Of a stretch of 64,000 nucleotides of DNA, positions 7,152-16,205 are shown piece by piece (position 1 is the first letter of the stretch; every line of letters begins with the position of its first letter). The DNA comes from a virus (Duplodnaviria; Caudoviricetes): IMG/VR virus record IMGVR_UViG_3300033075_001021, one strand, 5' to 3'. A program made the position numbers and the translations under genes. Under the pieces are notes generated by a model. The model saw only the letters and a list, made by a program, of their open reading frames with translations. It did not search any database and was not told the DNA's origin.

Positions 7152-7218
7152 TGTCCCTTCCAGATTTGATACTGGGCTAACCCCCTATACGGGGCCGTGC
7201 TCATTACACTAAAGAGAC
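7152..7218 (-). ncRNA. tRNA-like element / pseudo-tRNA with non-canonical anticodon and T loops
   Basis: GTCTCTT/AAGGGAC acceptor plus A73, TAGTGTAATGAGCAC D-arm, GCCCC-GTATAG-GGGGT (6-nt loop), CCAG-TATCAAAT-CTGG. Confidence 0.6.
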
Positions 7219-7223
7219 ATTAT

Positions 7224-7285
7224 CGGAATCATCTTTTGGTTTCATTTTTTGGTTGAAATTGAATTTAGTTTGCTGAACTGATTCC
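7224..7285 (-). ncRNA. Structured repeat element 2
   Basis: GGAATCA/TGATTCC stem enclosing GTTCAGCAA. Confidence 0.5.
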
Positions 7286-7294
7286 TTCAATAAG

Positions 7295-7415
7295 TTATCC
7301 CAAGGTGACGGTCTTATCTTTTTTTTCTTGCGACTCTTGCGAGTCATTAGGGGAAGACAATAAAAACCCCCGTTCACAGTTAAGTTTTGGTTGCCGTAGC
7401 CACCTTTTTGGACAA
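7295..7415 (-). ncRNA. Structured repeat element 3
   Basis: TTGTCC/GGATAA outer stem, A-bulge, AAGGTGGC/GTCACCTT inner stem, then TACGGCAA; internal GACTC-GCAA-GAGTC hairpin. Confidence 0.55.
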
Positions 7416-7432
7416 TAAGTTAAGAGCTGTTA

Positions 7433-7474
7433 ATAAATATATGCAAATATACGAAAGTTTTTGATTGTTGTCAA
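7433..7474 (-). promoter_or_regulatory. Tandem promoter for the tRNA/ncRNA cluster
   Basis: TTGACA (7469-7474) and TATATTTG (7444-7451), plus the ATATTTAT motif (7433-7440). Confidence 0.65.
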
Positions 7475-7506
7475 GTTTTTTACGAAATATTTTTAAACTT
7501 TTTTTT

Positions 7507-7728
7507 CTATGTCGGTTTTATATCATGTGTAAACTCTCTTAAAACCAATACCACATTGTGTTTTGGCCGTAAATGATGAATAACATACATTATCCTATAA
7601 TACTTCTCTTTTTCATCAATATACATTAGCTCATCCTGTTTTGGGATGCTAAACAAGTTGACTTTATCTTTGATAATTGTCCAATTTTCATCTACGAGTG
7701 TAACAATATGTTTACTTTTAAGAAACAT
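7507..7728 (-). CDS. Hypothetical protein
   Basis: 73-aa ORF ending in TAG. Confidence 0.6.
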   Translation of the reverse strand: MFLKSKHIVTLVDENWTIIKDKVNLFSIPKQDELMYIDEKEKYYRIMYVIHHLRPKHNVVLVLREFTHDIKPT

Positions 7729-7796
7729 GATTTTATTTTTGTTTGGAGATATTTATTATTATCTAGATAACAATAACCTTAAAAACCTTAACAACC

Positions 7797-7928
7797 ATGG
7801 GATGCGGATGCAAAGGTGGTAAAAAGAATGTTGCAACAACAACTACAACTACCACTATCACAACAACAACTTCTAATCAACCAACAACAGCTGTGCAAGT
7901 TCCAACTGTTCAGCCAACTGGAAGATGA
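7797..7928 (+). CDS. Small MGCGCK... Thr-rich protein (43 aa)
   Basis: MGCGCKGGKKNVATTTTTTTTITTTTSNQPTTAVQVPTVQPTGR*. ATATTTAT motif upstream (7749-7756) and a terminator downstream. Below the ORF-track cutoff. Confidence 0.65.
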   Translation: MGCGCKGGKKNVATTTTTTTITTTTSNQPTTAVQVPTVQPTGR

Positions 7929-7943
7929 TTAGTATTAAGAAAT

Positions 7944-7971
7944 TAATGGGGCGAAAGCCCCATTATTATTT
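7944..7971 (+). terminator. Rho-independent terminator
   Basis: TAATGGGGC-GAAA-GCCCCATTA followed by TTATTT. Confidence 0.7.
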
Positions 7972-7983
7972 CCTACAAATGTT

Positions 7984-8014
7984 AAACCCCTAGCAAAGCG
8001 ATTTACTAGGGGTT
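7984..8014 (-). terminator. Rho-independent terminator after the endonuclease gene
   Basis: CCCCTAGTAAA-TCGC-TTTGCTAGGGG-TTT on the minus strand. Confidence 0.65.
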
Positions 8015-8062
8015 ATTAGTTCCAATCCCAGTGGTCCATTGGTGGAATCTATCTAAGAAATG

Positions 8063-8854
8063 TTATTTGACTGATTTCCAAATCAGTCCACGATTTATTT
8101 TACTAATTGTTTCTTGTGCGACCATAAATTTATTAGCAATGGTTTTTTGTTTAACACCTTCAGCAAGCATTCTCTTTATATCTAAAACATCTTCTTTTGA
8201 TAATTTAGTATTATTTATATTTTCACCACATATTTGAGAATTTCTGCCTTTATTCCATCCAACTAATAAATAGTTCTTTAAATCTTCTCGCCGTATTTTC
8301 TTGTTTTCACCATCTTTAGTTATCCAACAAGTACCATATTGAGAATTTTGTTTACCTAAACCAGAATCTTTGCTCGATTCACTCATTTTTTGTTTTGAGG
8401 CCTCCGAATGTTTCTTACCCAACCAGTTTAATTGCCAATCATTTTTACGTTCACCATTTTGGTACTCTTTTTTTCTAGCAGAAGAAATTTTTTGTGAAAA
8501 TTCTAATCTAAAATTTTTATCTGATTGTAATTTTTCTCTAAATGCCTGATTATGTTTTAAATTCCATCCGACACCACCATCAACTATATTCATACACATC
8601 TTATCAATCAACATATCTGATGTTATAACTTCCTTCTCGGCCTCAACCAATAATTCTCTCGAATCAAAGAACTCTAATATCTCTTTTAGATGATTTTCTA
8701 CACCATATTTTCTTATCGAACGTCTTAATACTTTACCAGACCCCATATAACCGTCTTCAAGGTTACTAGTACTGTGCATTCCGATATAATATCTACCTGT
8801 TATAACACATGTTGTTTTATACAGGTAGTGAATGTTTGCTTTTTTTCTAGGCAT
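8063..8854 (-). CDS. Free-standing GIY-YIG homing endonuclease (Seg-like) with NUMOD3 and a C-terminal HTH
   Basis: YLYKTTCVITGRYYIGMH...YMGSG; GKKHSEASKQKMSES (NUMOD3); KLSKEDVLDIK...IANKFMVAQETISKI. Confidence 0.85.
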   Translation of the reverse strand: MPRKKANIHYLYKTTCVITGRYYIGMHSTSNLEDGYMGSGKVLRRSIRKYGVENHLKEILEFFDSRELLVEAEKEVITSDMLIDKMCMNIVDGGVGWNLKHNQAFREKLQSDKNFRLEFSQKISSARKKEYQNGERKNDWQLNWLGKKHSEASKQKMSESSKDSGLGKQNSQYGTCWITKDGENKKIRREDLKNYLLVGWNKGRNSQICGENINNTKLSKEDVLDIKRMLAEGVKQKTIANKFMVAQETISKINRGLIWKSVK

Positions 8855-8902
8855 ATCTATATATTTCTATATAAATATGCGCTAGGTACAAAAAAGTCAT
8901 CG

Positions 8903-9256
8903 TGGAGAATATCGGAATCGAACCGATGTCTTGTGCATTCTTCAAAAGCTTTCTACATGTTTAGAACAGAACTTTCTAGTTCTTCGCAATATCTTGCTGT
9001 TATGGTTAACAAGAAAACCACGGAGTTATTTAGCGTCTAACTCAGAACTGACGGTTTTTGGTGGTCTACCACCATCGCAGGATTAGGCTACTGCAAGCTC
9101 TCCTGAACCCACAGTTAGGACTGCTTCGTCAAGGAAATTTTCTGATACGATAAAATCGTTGTCGTTTGTTTTTTGATAGACATTTTAAAGTGCATTCCAA
9201 TCTAGCACTACATGCTTACTAATTACGACTATACGCAATCAATACCTGTATTCCCC
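8903..9256 (-). ncRNA. ssrA: tmRNA
   Basis: GGGGAAT/ATTCTCC-A acceptor with G3:U70; T-arm ATCGG-TTCGATT-CCGAT; internal tag ORF (A)DNDFIVSENFLDEAVLTVGSGELAVA*. Confidence 0.92.
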
Positions 9257-9351
9257 ATAAATTAAAGAACTTCGATAATAAATATATCGTTTTTTACATT
9301 TGTCATCCAAAATGTAATACAAATATACTACATTTTGGATGAAAATGCAAG

Positions 9352-9651
9352 TTATTTTGCAAGTTTTTTTTCTTCTCGCTGTTTTTTTACCGTTGCAGCT
9401 CTTCGTTGACCAGCAACCCAATGCCTCATTTTTTCTTCAGGTGTCCATTTACCGTAGTTTTTCGGTGGTGAAATAATTCGATTAATATCTGGTGGTGTTA
9501 CCTGATATTTTCTAGCTATTTCATCAATCGTCATACCCAGACGTTTTTTCATATCCTTGATAGTCTCCTTATCCTTTTCAGTTAAGTTATAATAGTTACT
9601 AAAAAGAATTTTTTCCTCAGGTGTTAAAACTGGTACTTCTGTTTTAGGCAT
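9352..9651 (-). CDS. Hypothetical HTH-like protein
   Basis: GMTIDEIARKYQVTPPDINRII resembles an HTH; 1-nt overlap with clpP. Confidence 0.55.
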   Translation of the reverse strand: MPKTEVPVLTPEEKILFSNYYNLTEKDKETIKDMKKRLGMTIDEIARKYQVTPPDINRIISPPKNYGKWTPEEKMRHWVAGQRRAATVKKQREEKKLAK

Positions 9652-10352
9652 TATTTTTTCCCTTTTGGTTTTGTAGTAATAATGTTATCAATTATACCGT
9701 AGTTTAAGGCTTCTTCAGCTGATAACCAAAGGTCCCTTTCAGCATCTTTCATAACTTCTTTTGGGTCTTTGTTAGTATATTCGCCGAGCAAGCCAAATAA
9801 CAAGTCATTATACTTCTCACCTTCAGCAATTGAGCGTCTTATATCTTGGATGTTACCTTCAGCCCCTGTTGATACTTGGTGAAGCATTACACGGCTAAAT
9901 CTTAGTGAATGACGCTTTCCCTTGGTTCCAGCACCCAATAAAATACTACCCATGCTAGCTGCCATACCTGTGTTGATGGTAACAATGTCAGATGATACAT
10001 AATTCATTACATCCACAATTGATAAACCAGATTTTACGCTTCCACCTGGTGTGTCTACGTGAAGGGTAATGTCATTTTTATCCAATGTGTCCAAGAACAT
10101 CAACTGTGCTTGAACAACAGTACTCATCCTGTCATTCACTGGGCCAGCAAGCCAAATAATTCTGTCCATCATCATTCTTGAGAAGATATCCATCTGAGTG
10201 ACATTTAACGGCCTTTCTTCAAGAATGTATGGTGTTAATGATGCTTGGGTACCATAGATTCTATTTTGAATCTGTTCCCAATTGTAAAATTCCATTCCTG
10301 TAACGCCCATATGTTTAATGGCGTAATCTCTAAATTCGTTCGTTAGATTCAT
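9651..10352 (-). CDS. clpP: ATP-dependent Clp protease proteolytic subunit
   Basis: DIFSRMMMDRII, TPGGSV, GMAASMGS (Ser), MLHQ (His), ERDLW (Asp). Confidence 0.95.
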   Translation of the reverse strand: MNLTNEFRDYAIKHMGVTGMEFYNWEQIQNRIYGTQASLTPYILEERPLNVTQMDIFSRMMMDRIIWLAGPVNDRMSTVVQAQLMFLDTLDKNDITLHVDTPGGSVKSGLSIVDVMNYVSSDIVTINTGMAASMGSILLGAGTKGKRHSLRFSRVMLHQVSTGAEGNIQDIRRSIAEGEKYNDLLFGLLGEYTNKDPKEVMKDAERDLWLSAEEALNYGIIDNIITTKPKGKK

Positions 10353-10600
10353 AGTTCTGTTGTTATGTAAATTGGTGTGTTATCTCCGACCCAAGCGCAA
10401 CGAATATTAAAGTCAAAATATTCATATGCTTCTTCGTATGTCATACCATCTCTTTCAACCATAATTTGTAACATGGTTTCAATTGAATACGCGGCAACGG
10501 GGCCAAGATTAGGTCTTTCAGCAAGCCCTAAAATTGCATCATCAAATCCATCACAAAATAAAGCGTCTGGATTTATTTCAGCGATTTCATCTCTGGTCAT
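10349..10600 (-). CDS. Conserved phage hypothetical protein
   Basis: DGFDDAILG...AYS...EEAYEYFDFNI..AWVGDNTP; coupled to both neighbours. Confidence 0.7.
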   Translation of the reverse strand: MTRDEIAEINPDALFCDGFDDAILGLAERPNLGPVAAYSIETMLQIMVERDGMTYEEAYEYFDFNIRCAWVGDNTPIYITTEL

Positions 10601-11025
10601 TACTGTTGATTTTCGGCTGCTTCTTCCTCACCTTGTGCAAAGAGCGCTTTTATTGACTCGTGTAATGTTTCATACTTGTCGTAACCATACTTACGAAGCA
10701 ATAAGGAGAATGTGTTTACGTCAGGCTTAATGATAACGATTTTTCCTCGTTCATCGTCAAAATAGATTTGAGCAATTAATTCTTCAATAACCATTTCTTT
10801 TTGCTCAGTTTCAAGTTGTTCAAAAATGGTCTCATTCAAAAGGATGATGATATCCTCGTTGGTCATGTGTTTCAAAAGGTCGTTTGCTTTTACGACTTTT
10901 CCGATTTCTTTCAATCGATTGTTGGCTAGAATTTTGATATTAACTTCTCTTAAGTTATCAATCTGGTCAACAAATCTACTGAAGAGTTCTTGGGTGTCTT
11001 CAAATACTTCTTCAAATTTTGCCAT
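10600..11025 (-). CDS. Hypothetical protein (phage metallopeptidase-like fold, HE motif not intact)
   Basis: DIIILLNETIFEQL...EELIAQI...KPDV..F..LLRKYG pattern. Confidence 0.55.
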   Translation of the reverse strand: MAKFEEVFEDTQELFSRFVDQIDNLREVNIKILANNRLKEIGKVVKANDLLKHMTNEDIIILLNETIFEQLETEQKEMVIEELIAQIYFDDERGKIVIIKPDVNTFSLLLRKYGYDKYETLHESIKALFAQGEEEAAENQQ

Positions 11026-11064
11026 AGATAATTGTGATTTTAATATACAAATATACTAAAATAA

Positions 11065-12090
11065 TCACTGAGTTGCAACTTTCTCCCCAAGTTTTTTCAA
11101 TTCAATTATTAAATCTTTCTCTTCATCAGAAATTTGGTTTGGTACAAGCAAGTCAATTTCAACTAACATATCACCACGAACATCTGAGTTCATTGGTTTT
11201 AACCCCTTATTCTGAATTCTAAGCACTTTCCCAACTTTAGATAATTCAGGTAAAGATATTCTTATTTTTCCACCTTCTATTGTTGGTACCTCTATCTTAT
11301 CACCTAAAATAAGTTGCGGATAAGTTACTTTTATCGTCATCTTTAGGTCATCATTAACACGAACAAATTTTTCATGTGGGAGAACCATAATAGTTATTAT
11401 CAAATGACCAGCAATAGCATTTTTAGCGGCATGTCCTTTACCTTCCATTATCATCCGCATTCCATCGGCAACACCAGCTGGTATCCCTAAATCAAGAGTT
11501 TCTTCGACTGATTTAACTCCAGTTCCAGAACACGCATCACAAGATGTTTCGTATACATCACCAGCGCCAGCACATGTTGGACAAGTTTGTACGTTTCTTA
11601 TATCGCCATAAGGTGTTTTTAATATTTCGACAACCATACCACCGCCATTACATGTGGTACAAATCTTTGGATTGCTACCACCTTTTCCATGACAATTTGT
11701 ACATGTTTCATTTCTTTGATATTTGAATTTCTTTGATACACCAGAATAAACCTCCTCAAGAGTTAATTTAACAATCAAACTCATATCAGGTCCCCTATTT
11801 GCTTGTTTTTGGCTAAATCCTGACATTCCAAATTTTCTAAGAAATTCTTCCATTGGGTTGTAACCTGCACCACCCATATTTGGCTGTTGGTGACCATATA
11901 AGTCATATTTGTGCCTCTTATCTTTATCAGATAAGGTTTCATATGCTTCGGTAATTTCTTTAAACGCATCAGCGTCACCACCTTTATCTGGATGATGTGT
12001 CATTGCTAACTTACGATACGCCTTTTTAATATCGTCAAGTGAACAGCTCTTGTTTAATCCAAGAACTTCATAATAATCCCTTTTAGCCAT
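11065..12090 (-). CDS. dnaJ: DnaJ chaperone
   Basis: DYYEVLGL...HHPD J-domain, four CxxCxGxG repeats, C-terminal domain. Confidence 0.95.
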   Translation of the reverse strand: MAKRDYYEVLGLNKSCSLDDIKKAYRKLAMTHHPDKGGDADAFKEITEAYETLSDKDKRHKYDLYGHQQPNMGGAGYNPMEEFLRKFGMSGFSQKQANRGPDMSLIVKLTLEEVYSGVSKKFKYQRNETCTNCHGKGGSNPKICTTCNGGGMVVEILKTPYGDIRNVQTCPTCAGAGDVYETSCDACSGTGVKSVEETLDLGIPAGVADGMRMIMEGKGHAAKNAIAGHLIITIMVLPHEKFVRVNDDLKMTIKVTYPQLILGDKIEVPTIEGGKIRISLPELSKVGKVLRIQNKGLKPMNSDVRGDMLVEIDLLVPNQISDEEKDLIIELKKLGEKVATQ

Positions 12091-12141
12091 CTATTTATTT
12101 TTATGCAAATATACGCTATTTTTCATTAAAAAACAAATTCA

Positions 12142-12801
12142 TTGATATACAGGATAATCATAACAAAAAACGGAAAGTACGAAAAAACTCTACATAAATG
12201 TAAAAAGAGGGAAACCGCTTTTACCAACTATTGGAAGATAATTGATGAGAATCAAAAGGTTATATTCCCTAAAAAATACTTAAACACAAAGAAAATCAAA
12301 CCCGTAAAATATGAAATTTGTGTGGTTAAACCAACTGAAAAGGGTGATGTGTTTAGGACAATAAGGGATGATTTTGGAAGAACTTATATTGAAAAACCAA
12401 TTGGTGAGTGGACAATCATTGATTCTGCTCCATACCAAATAGAAGAACGATTCTGGGTGTTTGGAATGGACCCGAAGGCTAACAGACCAACAATAAAAGA
12501 AGTGGTTAAAAGGCTAGTTTCTGGGGCCTATAAGAAGAAAATGACTAAACAAGTAATTGTGGTCAATAATAAGCTTCTTATCTATAATGAAGAACAATTT
12601 GATATGGTTATTTGTAAATGTAAGGCTGATGCCCAAAGATTACATCATACATTAGCTAAAACAGCAAAAAAACAAAAAATAAAAAGTTTGCTGTTTATGG
12701 GTACAGCGACACCAGCAACAGCAAACCGTTTATATGATATTATTCAAGAAAATACTGGGTGGTCATACACCAAAATTTGGCGTACAACAACTAGGCCTTA
12801 A
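12142..12801 (+). CDS. Hypothetical basic protein
   Basis: 219-aa plus-strand ORF filling the gap between minus-strand genes. Confidence 0.7.
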   Translation: MIYRIIITKNGKYEKTLHKCKKRETAFTNYWKIIDENQKVIFPKKYLNTKKIKPVKYEICVVKPTEKGDVFRTIRDDFGRTYIEKPIGEWTIIDSAPYQIEERFWVFGMDPKANRPTIKEVVKRLVSGAYKKKMTKQVIVVNNKLLIYNEEQFDMVICKCKADAQRLHHTLAKTAKKQKIKSLLFMGTATPATANRLYDIIQENTGWSYTKIWRTTTRP

Positions 12802-13139
12802 TTGGTAATATTTTCTTCTGGTAAATCATCAATTTCATCCCCAACACCAAATTGTTTTGAAATGTCATCAATCATTTTGGCCACCTTATCCATTTCAAGT
12901 TTTGGTACCACAACTGGATTTAAACATTCAACCCTCTCTTCACCATCAGTTGACATAAAGAGAGCAATAGCATTCATTTTTTTATAATTAATCATGTGAT
13001 TAATAGATTCTGCAAAAGGTTTAAGAATCTCAGGGTTTAGCATCATTTCACGGTCAAGGTAAAATACCAAAACCAATGGGTGTTGTGTTGTTTCGTTCAT
13101 GTTTAGTTTTTTTCTAGTATTTCTATATTTGTTTGCCAT
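12798..13139 (-). CDS. Hypothetical protein
   Basis: ORF track; the true start may be 13100. Confidence 0.6.
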   Translation of the reverse strand: MANKYRNTRKKLNMNETTQHPLVLVFYLDREMMLNPEILKPFAESINHMINYKKMNAIALFMSTDGEERVECLNPVVVPKLEMDKVAKMIDDISKQFGVGDEIDDLPEENITN

Positions 13140-13312
13140 GCAAACTTATTGTAATAATCAAGAATTGCCGAATTTTTTTGTTCTTCGCCAAATGCTGTAA
13201 TTGCTTCAATTGGTGTATCGTCAATCATTAAATACACTATAAACTCAGGTACTACTCTATTCTTATGAGTTTTGCTTTTGTATTCATCGATTTTTTTTAC
13301 TAGGATATACAT
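13103..13312 (-). CDS. Hypothetical protein
   Basis: 69-aa ORF. Confidence 0.55.
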   Translation of the reverse strand: MYILVKKIDEYKSKTHKNRVVPEFIVYLMIDDTPIEAITAFGEEQKNSAILDYYNKFAWQTNIEILEKN

Positions 13313-13368
13313 AGTTGTTAAATTATACTCAAGACTATGATTTTTTTTTCAAAGTGTAAATAGTAAAT

Positions 13369-13398
13369 AAAAAAAAGACCCACATTTCTGTGGGCCTT
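13369..13398 (-). terminator. Rho-independent terminator
   Basis: AAGGCCCACA-GAAA-TGTGGGTCTTTTTTTT. Confidence 0.8.
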
Positions 13399-13400
13399 TA

Positions 13401-13620
13401 AAATACTTTAAGCTAGTCTCCAAGATGTGGGAGCATTTACTTCTAACTCAGTTTGAAGGTTGTTTCTAAAATTATAGTGATTTTTGGGTCGGTCTAATTT
13501 ACCCTAATCGGTTTAAAGGTAGAAACAATACTAAAAGACCTACGTTTCTGTTTTAGCAATTGAATCTTAAGTGTTTTAGGTTTGCAGTATACACCTTTTT
13601 TAAGACAAGCTAAAGTATTT
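13401..13620 (-). ncRNA. Structured repeat element 4 (about 220 nt) directly downstream of the DUF2828/TROVE-like gene
   Basis: Long terminal stem AAATACTTTAGCTTGTCTT/GAGACTAGCTTAAAGTATTT, A-bulge, AAGGTGT/ACATCTT, then ATACTGCAA. Bounded by the gene stop and a terminator. Confidence 0.6.
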
Positions 13621-13625
13621 TTTTC

Positions 13626-15077
13626 TTAAATAGTTACTGGTGCGTAACGTTCGCTGTTTATCACAGCGAACATCATGCTGATTGGTGTCAGGTCTTTACC
13701 TGCCAACAAGTTGGTAAGTAAAGATGGGCTGAATCCAGATACCAAGGCTGTTCCTTGCTTATCGAACTGAACAGGGAAGTTATCGTTCCTTGCATTAAGG
13801 TTCCAATAAACAACCTTTGGCATCTTGTACCCTGCATCAGCGTACATAGATTCAATCATCTGCTGAGCAGTTGGATTCCAACCGCTGCTACGGCCCCAAC
13901 CACCTCCAGTTGCGGAATTGAATTCCATGTCTGATAATATCAGAATCATGGTTGGCATTTCAGACTGAGCAACATTTGATTGCTTAGCCTTGGTCAAGAT
14001 TAACTTGAACACAGCTTCGATGTCTGTTGAACCATCCCAATCAGCTCTTGCCAATTGGTTGTATCTTTCACTCAATGACCCCTTAAGGTATTGAAGTTTT
14101 GGATTGGTTGAGAAAGTGATGAACGCATCTTTGAAAGGGCCTTCGTTTCTTTCTGAAATGTATAAACCTAGTGAGATAGATACATCCATGCAGGTTACGT
14201 TCTTGCTACCACCAGCTGAACAGCTCATTGAGCCAGATACGTCAACAACTGGTAACAACATTTCGTTATTGTTCAACATATAGTTTGGAAGTGCTTTCCA
14301 CTGTGCATCTGCACCCCTTGCACTACCAAATCTCAAATTCTTGGTAATATCGTATGGATATAAAGCACCAGCATTAATCTTTGTTTCACCTTTTTCAAGT
14401 GAAGTCAAGTATGCTTGGAATCTCTCCAAGTCATTCTTAGAGAATGCCTTCATGTAATCAGACATCGCCTTAGAAGGCAATTTAGAATACTCAATTGCAC
14501 TCCAGTTCTTAGAACACATCAATTGTTCTACTGTGTTAGACAAGCTAACCAATAGCTTACGATATTCTTTTGGTGAAAGGTTTAAATACTTCCTAAGAGC
14601 AGTAGCTTGACGCTTGCTTTCCCTGTTACCACCATTTGGACGTGGCATCCACTTAGCACATAGGCCATTCTTGTCGGCAAGACCCTTGCTAATAAGCTCA
14701 AGGGCTTGATTTTCAAGCCTTGTACCTACAAGTACAAGCAAGTCATCCCAACGACCATACTCTGGGAACAATGACAAGTTCTTTGCTAAAGAATCAGTCT
14801 TTGTTTCAGCAAGGTGCGCAACGATGTCTCTGAAGATTTGTCTTTCTCCAGCACCACCTCTTACGTCACGTGCCCAGAACAATAGCTTCATGGCAGTTAA
14901 AGCGTCCTCATTATACGCTTTAACAAATGCGTTGATAAGACGTTGCTTATCTTGGCCACGCATAGCACCAATCTGGAAGAACAGGTTTACACAACTGTTC
15001 AAAGATGGTGTGCTTGTAGTCATACCGTTTTCAGTGTATGAATTGTTTGTCTGTAAAGCGTTTAATAAAGTGCTCAT
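13626..15077 (-). CDS. DUF2828-type TROVE(Ro60)-like/vWA protein
   Basis: WARDVRGGAGER, YGRWDDL, AKWMPR, NAGALYPYD, MIDAS VVDVSGSM, ILSDMEF, VYWNL, VSGFSP. Confidence 0.85.
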   Translation of the reverse strand: MSTLLNALQTNNSYTENGMTTSTPSLNSCVNLFFQIGAMRGQDKQRLINAFVKAYNEDALTAMKLLFWARDVRGGAGERQIFRDIVAHLAETKTDSLAKNLSLFPEYGRWDDLLVLVGTRLENQALELISKGLADKNGLCAKWMPRPNGGNRESKRQATALRKYLNLSPKEYRKLLVSLSNTVEQLMCSKNWSAIEYSKLPSKAMSDYMKAFSKNDLERFQAYLTSLEKGETKINAGALYPYDITKNLRFGSARGADAQWKALPNYMLNNNEMLLPVVDVSGSMSCSAGGSKNVTCMDVSISLGLYISERNEGPFKDAFITFSTNPKLQYLKGSLSERYNQLARADWDGSTDIEAVFKLILTKAKQSNVAQSEMPTMILILSDMEFNSATGGGWGRSSGWNPTAQQMIESMYADAGYKMPKVVYWNLNARNDNFPVQFDKQGTALVSGFSPSLLTNLLAGKDLTPISMMFAVINSERYAPVTI

Positions 15078-15139
15078 AAAAAATTTTTTTTCAATAAATT
15101 GTTTTGGATTATTATAGAGTTACAAATATACGAAGAAAA

Positions 15140-15673
15140 TTAACGATTTGCAACTTTTTCCCCAACTTTTTTTGGTTTTTTTTCTACTGAGCGATATTTT
15201 ATGTGCATTAAATCAATTGTTTTGACCTTAACTAATATGTCTTTTCGGTTTTTTCTTTGAAAGAAAACATATGGGTCTTTGACATGTTTTGGTTTGATAT
15301 CCTTAATTGTATCTTGAGTATAAGCCATCTTTTTTTCCAAAAAACGCCGTAGTTTTAACGTACCAACAAGAATAAAGTATTCATCTGTTTCAAATGCTAT
15401 TACATCCGAATCCCCATAAAGCCAGCCTATGTTTCCATCGGAATTTTGAATTTCAACCCAATTAATATTTTCATTTGGGTATGGGTCAAACCTATCGTCG
15501 TTCTTTATACCTTTTACATCAACTTTTACAGGGTCGCCATCAATTTCAACCATAACATCCCAATGTTTGTGTATATCCTCATATTTTGAGGCTTTTTTAA
15601 TCAATGGAAAAATTTTTAAAAATTTCTCTTCAGCCTCTTTACCTTGTTTAACTTGTACATCATTTTTTGCCAT
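15140..15673 (-). CDS. Putative PD-(D/E)xK nuclease-fold protein
   Basis: GKEAEEKF...HWDV...VKVDVKG...GWLYG..DVIAFE. Confidence 0.5.
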   Translation of the reverse strand: MAKNDVQVKQGKEAEEKFLKIFPLIKKASKYEDIHKHWDVMVEIDGDPVKVDVKGIKNDDRFDPYPNENINWVEIQNSDGNIGWLYGDSDVIAFETDEYFILVGTLKLRRFLEKKMAYTQDTIKDIKPKHVKDPYVFFQRKNRKDILVKVKTIDLMHIKYRSVEKKPKKVGEKVANR

Positions 15674-15674
15674 G

Positions 15675-15905
15675 TTATGATGTTTGATTATTCTTTTTGA
15701 ATCTTATTAATATCCCCTCAATTTCAATTTCAAATACATCGGCTGGAACAAAGATTACACCCTGTTTTAATTTATAAAACAATTCCTCATTCATTTTATT
15801 ATGTATTGATTCTGGTAATTCATATACTAGAACCAAGCCATTCTTTTCAATGTCTGGGTTGTCAACGATTTCAGATACCGTCCTGATTAATTTTTCATAT
15901 GTCAT
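15675..15905 (-). CDS. Hypothetical protein
   Basis: 76-aa ORF in an operon. Confidence 0.65.
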   Translation of the reverse strand: MTYEKLIRTVSEIVDNPDIEKNGLVLVYELPESIHNKMNEELFYKLKQGVIFVPADVFEIEIEGILIRFKKNNQTS

Positions 15906-15906
15906 A

Positions 15907-16130
15907 TTAAAATCTTGTAAATATTTTCTTTAGGAACATTTTTAGTTTGTAATGCCATGGTCGTTTAATAAAAACTACTTTTCCACGTTGTTCCTTTATT
16001 TCCTCACCAAGCCCGTTTTTGATTTCATCAATAAGTTGGGTCTTTTTTAGGTTGTTTGTATATTCAAACATTTCTCGCTCTCTTTCAGCAAGTTGAATCT
16101 CTTTTGTTAACATTTGGTCTGTCACATTCA
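15907..16130 (-). CDS. Hypothetical protein (approximate start, probably MNVTDQ)
   Basis: The ORF-track start at 16176 runs over a TATATTTG promoter box at 16146-16153. Confidence 0.6.
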
Positions 16131-16205
16131 TAGTATCTTTTTTAACAAATATACAAAATTGTATTGATTTTTTCAAGTATTTTCATAGTTTTAAATAAAA
16201 AAAAT

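Noticed and set aside
6920-7420. CRISPR array or simple terminators as an explanation for the repeated elements
   Set aside because: There are no identical direct repeats with regular spacers. The stems enclose long loops with a conserved core and lack U-tails on the transcribed strand.
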